From positions 1-43,710 of the forward strand of contig JBCCQQ010000054.1 in assembly GCA_039024555.1 (NCBI GenBank): DNA of 43,710 nt, given 5' to 3'. The notes under the pieces are model-generated. The model saw only the letters and a list, made by a program, of their open reading frames with translations. It had not been told where the DNA came from and made no database searches. A program made the position numbers and the translations under genes. The stretch's first letter is position 1. Every line of letters begins with the position of its first letter. Source of the stretch: Cyanobacteria bacterium P01_D01_bin.156. GTDB lineage: Bacteria > Cyanobacteriota > Cyanobacteriia > Phormidesmidales > Phormidesmidaceae. Shown here one piece after another: positions 9,191 to 19,600 of this stretch.

Positions 9191-10123
9191 CTATGATGCT
9201 TGTTGTTCACGGTAGGCTTGGTGCACGGCATTGACGTTGTACCAGTTTAGAAAAATTCGAGCGACCTCTAGGGACAGTTGTGGTTTGCCTTGATCAATTA
9301 ACCACTGTAAAAAGGGTCTTAGAGTACGCTCATTGAGCAATCCTCCCAGCGAAAGCAGTCCCCAAAGCAGGCGATGTAGCCAGGTCATTTGGATCATCAT
9401 GCGGACATCTAGGGTGGGGTGTTTTTTATAGAACACCACACCCATACGGGCTCGCTGAATTTCTACGTCAATTAATCGGGGCAAGTCGTCTAGTTTAAAG
9501 GGCGGGTGCCAGTGATAGCCAACGGCTTCTGGGCATTTGATGAGTTTGAGCCCCAGGTTCTTGAGTCTTACTCCCAGTTCTAGGTCTTCCCATCCATATT
9601 GGGTAAACTGCACATCAAATAATCCTGCGTCCGTGAGCCAGTGTTTTGCGATCGCAACATTGCCTGTAGCAAAAAATGCTTGGGAATAATCGGTCACCTT
9701 AAAGGGTTCTGATGTAGGTGTGTCAAAGTTGCAGGTGTTCACAACACGACCATAGGTAAAGACCCGATCGTTGCCCTGGCTCTGATAGTGTTCGGTCAGG
9801 GCATCAGCATGATGTTGCAAAAAGCCTTCCAGCACAACCAAATCACTGTCAATAAAAATAATTGTGTCGCCTTCTGCTTTTTTGACTCCAAGGTTGCGGG
9901 CCACGGCAGCGCCCTTGTGATCCTGCTCATAAAGCTTGACATGGAGAAAGTTTTCGGTCTTTAACCATTCCACGGTGCCATCGGTAGACCCATCATCAAC
10001 CACAACAATTTCATAGCCATTGACTTGAGTATTAGCGCGTAGACTCTGCTGCTCCATGGCCCGTAGGCATTTTTCTAAAATAGGCTTGCGGTTGTAGGTG
10101 GGAATAACAACGCTAAAAAACAT
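9191..10123 (-). CDS. Glycosyltransferase family 2
   Basis: SVVIPTYNR, VVDDGSTDGT, ARNLG, FIDSD (DxD), YGWEDLELG. Confidence 0.92.
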   Translation of the reverse strand: MFFSVVIPTYNRKPILEKCLRAMEQQSLRANTQVNGYEIVVVDDGSTDGTVEWLKTENFLHVKLYEQDHKGAAVARNLGVKKAEGDTIIFIDSDLVVLEGFLQHHADALTEHYQSQGNDRVFTYGRVVNTCNFDTPTSEPFKVTDYSQAFFATGNVAIAKHWLTDAGLFDVQFTQYGWEDLELGVRLKNLGLKLIKCPEAVGYHWHPPFKLDDLPRLIDVEIQRARMGVVFYKKHPTLDVRMMIQMTWLHRLLWGLLSLGGLLNERTLRPFLQWLIDQGKPQLSLEVARIFLNWYNVNAVHQAYREQQAS

Positions 10124-10443
10124 GGATTGATGATAAAAGGCCCAAGCTTTATCATAGCGGGCTAGTTCAATGATTTGACCTGACGTTCTCTGGATTCCCC
10201 TAGTATCAGCTATTCCGGTCCATCGCTATAGATTCGATACTAATATCCGTGGGGGGAGAAGCACTATCGATCTTAAGAACAGATCTATTCCCCATCAATC
10301 CCTACCGTAAGATATACATTTGGGCATGGCTGTAGCTCAGGAGTATTTAGGCTGAAAACACCTGATTTAAGGGGATATCAGTCTTAGGCATACCTGCAAC
10401 ACAGCAATGGCCAAGTGTGTAATATTCTGATAGGAAATCAATT

Positions 10444-11646
10444 ATGGGTCGGGCTGAACGGGTTGTACTAGCCTATTCGGGAGGTGTGGACACAACTGTC
10501 TGCATTCCTTATTTGAAGCATGAATTTGGCGTTAAAGAGGTGATCACTTTAGCCGCGGATTTGGGACAAGGTGAAGAGCTGGGTCCTGTCCAAAAAAAAG
10601 CGCTCGATGCTGGTGTGAAAGCGTCTTTAGTGGAGGATTTAACGGAAACGTTCATTACCGACTATGCGTTTCCTGCGATTAAAGCGAATGCGCTGTATGA
10701 AAATCGTTATCCCCTCTCTACTGCATTAGCTCGCCCTTTGATTGCCAAAGCTCTGGTGGCCGCTGCTGAAAAGTATGAGGCTGATGCCGTGGCCCACGGC
10801 TGCACAGGTAAGGGGAATGACCAAGTGCGATTTGATGTTGCGATCGCAGGATTAAATCCTAATCTTAAAGTTCTTGCACCAGCCCGTGAGTGGGGCATGA
10901 GTCGAGAGGAAGCCATTGCCTATGGTGAAAAATTTGGCCTTAGCTTTCCAGTGAAAAAGTCTTCTCCATACAGCATTGATCGTAATTTGTTAGGTCGTAG
11001 TGTAGAAGCTGGTGTCTTAGAAAACCCTTGGAACGAACCGCCTGAAGAAGTCTATGCCTTAACAAAAGCCATCTCTGAGACACCTGATGAGCCAACGTAC
11101 GTTGAAATTACCTTTGAAAAAGGTATCCCTACTGGTCTTAATGGTAACAATCTCACCCCTGTTGATTTAATTACACAGCTTAATACACTAGCTGGTACCC
11201 ATGGTGTTGGCCGCCTTGACATGATTGAAAATCGTCTGGTTGGGATCAAGTCTCGTGAGATTTATGAAACTCCGGCATTATTGGTGCTTATAGCGGCCCA
11301 TCGCGATCTTGAAAGTCTTACCCTGAATGCCAATGTTACACAATACAAGCGTGGTATCGAACAAACTTACAGTGAATTAGTCTACAACGGCCTGTGGTTT
11401 AGTCCTTTAAAAGACGCCTTAGATGCTTTTATCGACAAAACTCAAGAACGCGTTTCCGGTACCATTCGCCTAAAGCTGTTTAAGGGAAATGCAACTATTG
11501 TTGGGCGTCAGTCACCTAATGCTCTATACACTGAAACTTTGGCAACCTATGGCGCTGATGATCAATTTGACCATAAGGCTGCTGAAGGGTTTATTTATGT
11601 CTGGGGACTACCCACACGCATTTGGTCTGAAAAAATGCGCTCATAA
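10444..11646 (+). CDS. argG: Argininosuccinate synthase
   Basis: [44 protein letters not shown]. Confidence 0.98.
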   Translation: MGRAERVVLAYSGGVDTTVCIPYLKHEFGVKEVITLAADLGQGEELGPVQKKALDAGVKASLVEDLTETFITDYAFPAIKANALYENRYPLSTALARPLIAKALVAAAEKYEADAVAHGCTGKGNDQVRFDVAIAGLNPNLKVLAPAREWGMSREEAIAYGEKFGLSFPVKKSSPYSIDRNLLGRSVEAGVLENPWNEPPEEVYALTKAISETPDEPTYVEITFEKGIPTGLNGNNLTPVDLITQLNTLAGTHGVGRLDMIENRLVGIKSREIYETPALLVLIAAHRDLESLTLNANVTQYKRGIEQTYSELVYNGLWFSPLKDALDAFIDKTQERVSGTIRLKLFKGNATIVGRQSPNALYTETLATYGADDQFDHKAAEGFIYVWGLPTRIWSEKMRS

Positions 11647-11697
11647 AATTGAATCATGATGTCTGAGCGTCAATGCTCACAGCTTTGTTTCATGCCT

Positions 11698-11740
11698 TAA
11701 AAGTTGACTGTAGATGCTCAATCTATAGTCAACTTTTATT
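11698..11740 (+). terminator. Stem-loop terminator downstream of argG
   Basis: TAAAAGTTGACTGTAGA / TCTATAGTCAACTTTTA inverted repeat (one G-U pair) followed by a T-rich tract. Confidence 0.7.
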
Positions 11741-12156
11741 GATTGATTTTTTATCCTAAAACCTTTTTATCATCTCATAAATGCAGTCTGCAAAAGACAT
11801 TATTTAGAAAACCTTTGAGAATTTCCCAAGGCTTACATAAAAAATAAAACATAGTCTAGCTCAAGTGACTGTTGCAAAAATCAATAAATCTGAGCATGAA
11901 TGAAAAAAAGCTTAGAATCTCAGTAGTCTTTTACATGCAAAGTACCCGTTTTTTTGAAATAGAGGTGGTGCTAGAGAATATAGTTCTTTATTAAGGTCAG
12001 TTCAAACTCTCAAATTTACTCTCAGGGTTCAGGCCCCTTTGAGACTAATTGAGTTTTCATCTCTTAAAGTCTAGATATTTGGCGGTTAGTTTGCTCTTCT
12101 TCAAAGATATACACTAAGTTAATAGACTAGTCTTCTTTCAGCTTCAACTGAGTAGT

Positions 12157-14361
12157 GTGATAAATAATATTGATAATTTAGAAAAAAGTAATATTGAATT
12201 AAAGCAACATCTAGGGCGCTGGCAGCGTGCGACACAGGCTTTATTGGCCACTAAAGATCGCCTTAAACGTTTACTAGCATCGAGCCCAGCTGTTATATAC
12301 AGCTGTCAGCCCGCTGGTAGCTATGGGATAATTTTTGTTAGCGAAAGTATCCGTCAATTTGGGTATAGACCTCAAGATTTTTTAGAAAACTTTGATCTTT
12401 GGAAAGAATGCATTCACCCTGATGATGTTGATTATGCTCTTGCTGAATCATCAGATTTAATGCATAGAGAACAGCAGATATTTGAGTATCGATTCCGACA
12501 TAAAAGTGGTGAATATCGTTGGATTCAAGACCAGCGAAACTTGATTTCAGATGCTTCAGGGAATGGTGTAGAAATAATTGGTTCTTGGCAAGATATCACG
12601 GAGCGAAAATATATTGAGCAAGCACTATTCCAAGAGAAGGAACTAGCTCAAAATATATTGCAATCCATTGGAGATGGTGTCATCACTACGGACGCTTCTG
12701 GCTATATTCAGTACATTAATACAGCAGCTGAACAAATTACTGGATGTACATTGGGGGGGGCTCTTGGTAAACCCTTATCCTGGCTTATTAAAAGTCATGA
12801 GCCAATACCCAACACCAGCGGTATTAATCATGCGATTCAGACGGCCAAAAGTTTAAGTAAAGTAGTCAACCTGGCCGCAGACCAATCGTTCGTTTTACAA
12901 GATAGTCAACCTCGTAATATAGATGGTTCGGTTGCTCCAATTCGCAGTCGCAAAGAAGATGTCATCGGAGCAGTCGTTGTATTTCGAGATATTACACAAA
13001 ATCGTGTTTTGGCCCGTCAACTTTCATGGCAAGCCAGCCATGATTTTTTAACTGGCCTCTTGAATCGTCGAGATTTTGAACAACAGCTTGCCCAGGCAAT
13101 TGACAGCACACGTACTCAAAATAAGAAACATAGTCTGTGTTACTTAGATCTCGATCAGTTTAAGGTTGTTAACGACACCTGTGGCCATGCTGCTGGTGAT
13201 GAACTTCTGCGGCAACTAGCTCGATTAATGGGTAAACAGTTAAGAGCAGATGACGTCCTGGCTCGCATCGGTGGTGATGAGTTTGGCATTATTCTCCACA
13301 GTTGTTCCCTGGACAATGCCATTGGCTTAATGGATAAGTTACTTCATACCATTCAAGGATTTCGGTTTGTTTGGCATGACAGTACATTTTCGATTGGTGC
13401 TAGTGCTGGGCTAGTGGAAATCAACCAAGAATGTGGGGATATTAACTCGGTCTTAGGAGCGGCAGATGCTGCGTGCTTTGCGGCTAAAAATCGTGGGCGA
13501 AATTGTTTTCATGTTTATCGCGCTAATGATGAAGTGTTGGCAACCCAGCGTGGTGAACGTCAATGGGTTGCTCGTATTCTCAAAGCTCTTGAGCAAGATC
13601 GCTTTTGTTTGTATCAGCAGGCAATCGTCCCTATTCATGCAACAGAAGGTGGTGTAACTCACTATGAATTATTACTACGCATGGTAAGTGAAACGGGAGA
13701 AGTTATACCACCCATGGCTTTTGTGCCTGCTGCGGAACGCTATGGTTTAATGCCTAAGTTGGATCGTTGGGTGATCAGTAGTTTCTTTGAAAATTATCAA
13801 AAACTTTTTGTGAGTCATGCCGAGAACCAGCAGCATACAGAAGAACTAGACTACATGCCACTCTATTGTATTAACCTGTCGGGGATGAGTATTAATGATG
13901 ACTACCTAGCTGCTTTTCTAAAAGAACAATTTATATTGCATGAGATTTTGCCTCAAACAATTTGTTTTGAAATCACCGAAACAGCTGCAATTACTAACCT
14001 ATCTCGTGCAGCTGATTTAATCCAAGAAATTAAGAACTTAGGCTGTGCGTTTGCTCTAGACGATTTTGGTAGTGGTATGAGTTCTCTGGCCTATTTAAAG
14101 ACGTTGCCAGTTGATTACGTCAAAATAGATGGTAACTTCATTCGAAATATTATCCAAGACCCAGTCGATAGCGTCATGGTTGAATCGATTACGCGCATTG
14201 GTCATGAGCTGGGTATTCAAACAATTGCAGAGTTTGTGGAAAACGAGGATATTTTAGCAAAACTCGAACTTCTAGGAGTAGATTATGCACAGGGATACGG
14301 TATAAGTCGTCCTATGCCATTCCGCCATCCCTTTGATGGTACAGCGTATTCCTTGGGCTAA
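12157..14361 (+). CDS. PAS-PAS-GGDEF-EAL diguanylate cyclase/phosphodiesterase
   Basis: Two PAS domains (IHPDD, DITERK; DGVITTD, DIT), HDFLTGLLNRR, RADD I-site five residues before GGDEF, and an EAL domain with ELLLR, INLS, FEITE, DDFGSG, KIDG, AEFVE, QGY. Confidence 0.95.
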   Translation: MINNIDNLEKSNIELKQHLGRWQRATQALLATKDRLKRLLASSPAVIYSCQPAGSYGIIFVSESIRQFGYRPQDFLENFDLWKECIHPDDVDYALAESSDLMHREQQIFEYRFRHKSGEYRWIQDQRNLISDASGNGVEIIGSWQDITERKYIEQALFQEKELAQNILQSIGDGVITTDASGYIQYINTAAEQITGCTLGGALGKPLSWLIKSHEPIPNTSGINHAIQTAKSLSKVVNLAADQSFVLQDSQPRNIDGSVAPIRSRKEDVIGAVVVFRDITQNRVLARQLSWQASHDFLTGLLNRRDFEQQLAQAIDSTRTQNKKHSLCYLDLDQFKVVNDTCGHAAGDELLRQLARLMGKQLRADDVLARIGGDEFGIILHSCSLDNAIGLMDKLLHTIQGFRFVWHDSTFSIGASAGLVEINQECGDINSVLGAADAACFAAKNRGRNCFHVYRANDEVLATQRGERQWVARILKALEQDRFCLYQQAIVPIHATEGGVTHYELLLRMVSETGEVIPPMAFVPAAERYGLMPKLDRWVISSFFENYQKLFVSHAENQQHTEELDYMPLYCINLSGMSINDDYLAAFLKEQFILHEILPQTICFEITETAAITNLSRAADLIQEIKNLGCAFALDDFGSGMSSLAYLKTLPVDYVKIDGNFIRNIIQDPVDSVMVESITRIGHELGIQTIAEFVENEDILAKLELLGVDYAQGYGISRPMPFRHPFDGTAYSLG

Positions 14362-15155
14362 TGGGAGATAGAAGCATGGCTGAGACGATTTTGGTGATTG
14401 AAGATGAACGCCTCACCCGAACAAATTTGATAAATTTTCTTCAATCAGAAGGGTATGACACTTTAGAAGCATCTAATGGTCAAGTTGGCATCGAACTTGC
14501 CCAGGCTCATCTCCCGGACTTAATCATTTGTGATATTCTCATGCCGGAATTGGATGGCTATGATGTCTTGATTACCCTACAGCAGCATATGGAAACGGCT
14601 AAAATTCCATTTATCTTTCTGACTGTATCTGCAACAGAAGATGGATTTCGGCAGGGTTTGGCATTAGGCGCTGATGATTATTTAAGTAAGCCAGTAACCA
14701 GTGAACAACTAAGAACGGCAATAACGGCTCAGTTAAGAAAAACTCAAACTTCTCTTGAAGCCTTGGCTGATCCGTTGGTTGAAGCGCCTCCGTCAGAGCA
14801 AGATTCTATCCTGACAACTCCTATAGATACCACCAGTGCGGTATCTATAGGAGAACGTATTGTAACTTCCCAGAAAATTAACCTAGTGACGTCTACTCAG
14901 GCAAAACTTCTGGAAACCCTATGCCCTGAACTGAAGCAGCGCTTGATAGATCTTCGTAAAGAAGTGGAAGAAGTCCAGAAATTGATACCTAATAGTCAGT
15001 CTGCACAAAGGTTGCGAGATGACTTTGCACAGCTACTCTCGTTGGTTAACGAGATATCTATTATACAAAAGTCTCTAACGCCAGAGAATGCTACAGACCT
15101 GCTGGCAAGGTTTGTAAGTACAATCAATAATGTTGAGGGAACTAATAATGGATAA
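14361..15155 (+). CDS. Response regulator: receiver domain plus coiled-coil/His-less DHp-like C-terminus
   Basis: VIEDE, DLIICDILMP (phospho-Asp), FLT, YLSKP. The ATG overlaps the upstream stop (TAATG); alternative start at 14376. Confidence 0.88.
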   Translation: MGDRSMAETILVIEDERLTRTNLINFLQSEGYDTLEASNGQVGIELAQAHLPDLIICDILMPELDGYDVLITLQQHMETAKIPFIFLTVSATEDGFRQGLALGADDYLSKPVTSEQLRTAITAQLRKTQTSLEALADPLVEAPPSEQDSILTTPIDTTSAVSIGERIVTSQKINLVTSTQAKLLETLCPELKQRLIDLRKEVEEVQKLIPNSQSAQRLRDDFAQLLSLVNEISIIQKSLTPENATDLLARFVSTINNVEGTNNG

Positions 15156-16191
15156 GCCACTGTTGACTCAGAACAACAGTCTCTTAAAATGTAATATCAT
15201 TTCTGCGTCTCAAGTTGTTAATTTTCTCCAGCAATCGACAGTGACTGTAGATAATCCATTGTTGGTTGCTCAACAAATTTTAGCTTGGACGAATGGCCAA
15301 CCTGAACTAACTTATTGTCTAGTAAAAAAAGTTCTAAGTAGACTGTCTCAGTCTTTCAGTGGTACGGCTGCAGAGCTGGTAAATCAGCAAGTTAAAGCAT
15401 ATTTTTCTCCAGAGTTGCTGAATTTGCACAAAAATCAAAGGACTATACCCGTAGTAGCATTGTTGCATACGTTGAAAGAGTCGCTGCTGCAAGACAAACA
15501 ACAAAAATATCGACGCTTACAGTACTATCAGCAGGTCTTGCTTTCATCTCGTAGGGTTTCTGCTGGATATCAAACGGAACATGCAGCATTAGTCGAGGCA
15601 GGCTTAATAAGTGAGAACTCCCAGAGTCAAATAAAAGTTTCTAATCCAATTTATAGACGGGTTTTTAATGCTGCTTGGGTGGAGCAATGCTTAGATAGTA
15701 ATTTTTCCAACAGTAAAGCACAGTGGCTGTTGCTGACCTCATTGTTGTCTATATTGGCGTTTGTTGTCTTACAGAGCACGTTTCGTTATATCCCGGTTTC
15801 TAGAACTAATCGCTGTTTACAGGAAGCTGATCTGCGGGATGCAGTCCTTGCAAAAGTTTCTTTAGAGCCGATACAGATGCAACGTTCGATTGAGCGACTA
15901 TTAAAGCTTCAAGGACAGAAACAACTGAGCACTCAGTGTCAAAGTGTTTTGTATGACTTGCAATATAGTTATGGCATTTATGTATCTGCTGGCACTTATA
16001 GTAATCCTTTGGATGCTGCGCAGTATCTTTGCCAAATTCCTGAGCTTTACTATAAAAAGCGGAATTCTGTCCCCTGGTTTAGTCGTTGGTCCAACCTATA
16101 TGAGAGAGATGACTTTGCAGCTGCCCTAACTGATTATGTGGAGCAAAATCCTTGTCCTTCATATGGATTTCTGAATCGAGTGAATCCTTAA
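15148..16191 (+). CDS. Hypothetical single-pass membrane protein with an AAA_35-like C-terminal helical region
   Basis: ILAWTNGQPELT and IKVSNPIYRRVFNAAWV motifs, one TM segment (WLLLTSLLSILAFVVL), Cys-containing C-terminal domain. Start moved to ATG 15148 (GAGGGA RBS, overlaps the upstream stop). Confidence 0.75.
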   Translation: MDKPLLTQNNSLLKCNIISASQVVNFLQQSTVTVDNPLLVAQQILAWTNGQPELTYCLVKKVLSRLSQSFSGTAAELVNQQVKAYFSPELLNLHKNQRTIPVVALLHTLKESLLQDKQQKYRRLQYYQQVLLSSRRVSAGYQTEHAALVEAGLISENSQSQIKVSNPIYRRVFNAAWVEQCLDSNFSNSKAQWLLLTSLLSILAFVVLQSTFRYIPVSRTNRCLQEADLRDAVLAKVSLEPIQMQRSIERLLKLQGQKQLSTQCQSVLYDLQYSYGIYVSAGTYSNPLDAAQYLCQIPELYYKKRNSVPWFSRWSNLYERDDFAAALTDYVEQNPCPSYGFLNRVNP

Positions 16192-16209
16192 TCTTTTATT
16201 TGTTTTTTC

Positions 16210-16692
16210 ATGGAATCCAAATCATCTGATGTTCAACCAATGCTCAGTTTTCGCTTGAATCCTCAATTACAGGCGGTAATCTCAGTTGATGAACTTCTTG
16301 GTCTAGCAACGATAGAAACGGTTGCTGTTGCTCCGATTCCAGAGACCCCTCAAGCTGTTATGGGAATTTATAATTATCGTGGTCATCCAGTGTGGATAGT
16401 GGATTTACCTAGTCTATTGGGTTTAACTCCCCTATACCTGTCTAATACTCGACAAGTGTGCAGCATTATTTTTTTGAGAACTCAGCATCAAACAATTGGC
16501 TTTGCTGTCCATCAGCTTGGACAAATGATGTCATTTACTCAAGATCAATTTCAGCAAGACTATACGAATCCTGGAGCTCAGCGCTTAAACTGGTGCATTA
16601 AGGGGACTTATACTAGTAATAGCACCACTATGTTAGCGATGCAGGGTAGCAAAATGGTTGACCTCTTGAAAAGTAGTGAGATGACAGCATAG
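16210..16692 (+). CDS. cheW: CheW-family coupling protein (PixI/PilI-like)
   Basis: VAPIPETPQAVMGIYNYRGHPVWIVDLPSLLG and IGFAV motifs; directly upstream of the MCP gene. Confidence 0.9.
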   Translation: MESKSSDVQPMLSFRLNPQLQAVISVDELLGLATIETVAVAPIPETPQAVMGIYNYRGHPVWIVDLPSLLGLTPLYLSNTRQVCSIIFLRTQHQTIGFAVHQLGQMMSFTQDQFQQDYTNPGAQRLNWCIKGTYTSNSTTMLAMQGSKMVDLLKSSEMTA

Positions 16693-16695
16693 TTT

Positions 16696-19600
16696 ATGAA
16701 TTCTAACCAATATCCAAGTACTAAGAATACTGGAGAAAATGCGGACTCCTCAGTTATTTTCCAAGGTGATTTTGAGTCCGATATTGAATTCTCTAAACAG
16801 CAAGCACCTAACGCCTCAGCTATTACAAAGTTTAGTGCAACAGAAACAGAAGTTGTGGACCAGGAAGCACCATTTCCTGCTATTTCTGCGCCGGTATATC
16901 TCCAGCGAGGTTTCCGTTGGCAAGTATTACTATTGACTATCCTCCTCAGCCTACCTTTAGTCACTGGGGTTGCAGGCTTAATGCTCTGGCTTAAGCAACC
17001 TTTGGTAGGTGCATTATTAGGCAGTATCATTACAGCGCTGATTGCTAGCCTAGTGATTGCTCGACGCCGTTCCGCTAATGATTTTTATCAAACCGCTAAA
17101 TATGAAGAGATAGATTTATTAGAAGTTGATAACAATCGCCTGTCTGCTCAGTTGACTGAGGTGACTCTTCAAAAATCTCAGCTTGCCCAGCAGTATCAAT
17201 TGTTGAGTATGCTCGCTTTTCGGGTGAGACAAATTCCTGAACAGTCTGTGCTGTTTGAAACCCTAGTACAGGGTGTGCGGGACTTATTGGATACCGATCG
17301 CGTTATCGTATATCGGTTTAATCCTGATTGGTCTGGAACTATTGTGGCTGAGTCCGTCGATCCTGCCTATCCTGCTTCCTTAGATGAGACGATTGGTGAT
17401 CCTTGCTTTCATCAACGTCATGCCTCTCAGTATAAAAATGGTCGAACTCGAGCTATTTCAGATATTTATCAGGAACCGGGGCTAACAGATTGCCATATCC
17501 GTATGCTTGAGCAGTATCGGGTTCGAGCTAATCTAGTTGTGCCCATTCGGCACAATGAAGAACTATTTGGTCTACTCATTGCTCATCACTGTCGTTCTGC
17601 AAGAGATTGGTCAGAAGCCGATCTCAATTTGATGTCTCAGGTGGTAACGGAAGTAGAGTATCAAATAGATTTTCTCACTCAAACCCATCAAAATAAACAG
17701 CTGACCCGTCAGTCCCAGTTGCTAAGCATGTTAGCTTTCAGGGTAAGGCAAATTCCTGAAAAGGATGTTCTGTTTGAAACTGTTGTTTCAGGGGTACGAG
17801 ATCTTCTGGCAACAGATAGAGTAGTTATCTATTGGTTTAATCCAGATTGGTCGGGAACCATTGTTGCAGAATCTGTCAATCCGGCTTACCCAGCGTCATT
17901 AGATGAAACTATAGGCGATCCCTGCTTTCATCAACGTCATGCAGCCCAATATAAGGATGGGCGTACTCGTGCAATTGCCGATATATATAAAGAGCCTGGC
18001 CTAACAGACTGCCATGTTCGTATGTTGGAGCAGTATCGCGTGCGTGCTAATTTGGTTGTGCCGGTTCGTCTAAACGATCAACTAGTCGCGTTGCTGATTG
18101 CTCACCACTGCTCAGATGCTCGATATTGGTCAGATGCAGACCTCCAACTAACTTCTCAAGTCGCAACAGAAATTGAATATCAGTTAGACTTCATTACCCA
18201 AAGTCAGCAAAAAACTGCGAGTGCAAAACATGCATGGTTTTTAGGTGATATTGCATTTCGTGCTCGTCAAACCAATGATTTAGACGATGTGTTTAAGTCT
18301 ACTGTCAAGAATTTGCGACAACTCATCTCTGCGGATCGGGTAGTGGTCTATCACTTCAACCCAGATTGGACTGGCACAATGGTGGCTGAGTCCGTAAGCA
18401 GTGAATTTACTTCAGTACTCAATGAAAAGATTGACGATCCTTGTTTTAGAGGCCGATATGTGGACCTTTACCGAAATGGTAGGGTTCGTGGAATTAACAA
18501 TATTCGCCAAGAGCCGGGGCTGACTGAGTGTCATATTCGGCTGTTAGAAAAATACGAGGTTAAAGCGAATTTAATCGCTCCATTGCGTCGAAAAGATGAG
18601 CTGTTTGGTTTACTAATTACACATCAATGTTCTGCCCCTCGTAATTGGACAGCGAATGAGCTGGATCTGATTTCTCAAACTTCAACTCAATTGGGGTATG
18701 CTCTTGAACATTTAGATTCACTAAAAGATTTAGAAAGTGCTGTGGATCGATCACGCCTCTTTGGTGATATTGCATTTCGAACTAGACAATCCCTAGATGT
18801 TGATATGGTAATGCGAGTAGTGCTGGAAGGTGGCCTAAAACTTCTAGACACTAATCGTCTACTTGTCTATCGGTTTAACGCGGACTGGAGCGGTACGATG
18901 ACCTATGAGGCTGTGTCTTCTGAGCGTTGGCCCAGGGTGTTGAATACTCGTATCTTTGACCCCTGTTTTAAGGGCCGTTATGTGGATATGTACCGGAACG
19001 GCAGGGTACGAGCAATTAATGATATCTATCAGGAACCTGGTTTATCTGACTGTCATATTCGTACACTTGAGCAATATGATGTCAGGGCGAATTTAGTTGC
19101 GCCTATTCGGGTTCAAGGCGAACTCTATGGTTTGCTGATTGCTCATCATTGCGATGGTTCTAGGATATGGAGCCAGTCTGACAAGGAGTTTTTGTCAGAG
19201 CTTGCTACCCAAACCGAATATGCTCTAGGGCATTTAGAGTTTATTTCTGAGCTAGAAAATGCCCGCAATACGGCGGAGCAAGTTTCACAGCAGCAGCGTC
19301 AGCAGCGTGAAGTGATTCAGCATCAGCTGACTGATTTGAGGCAATCATTGGAAGTGGCGTTTAATGGTGATTTACGGGTCCGTGCCGTAGCTCCCAACGG
19401 TGATATTGGTATCTTTGCATCCTTTTTAAATGAGTCGCTTGAGCATTTGCAGCAAATTGTTCAGGAAGTACAGCTAGCGTCCGAGACTGTTACCCAAACA
19501 GCAAATGCCAATCAGCATAGCGTGGCCCAACTATCAAAGGCCACCTTGCGTCAATCTGATGAGTTAGCTGATGCGATGCAAACGGTTGGTGCGATCGCTA

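Noticed and set aside
16608..17030. 140 aa antisense ORF, and other antisense or nested ORFs in the track (e.g. 20625-20927, 24380-24757, 29982-30344, 35860-36153, 42264-42617, 43058-43348)
   Set aside because: They lie opposite or within well-supported genes and show no independent motifs.
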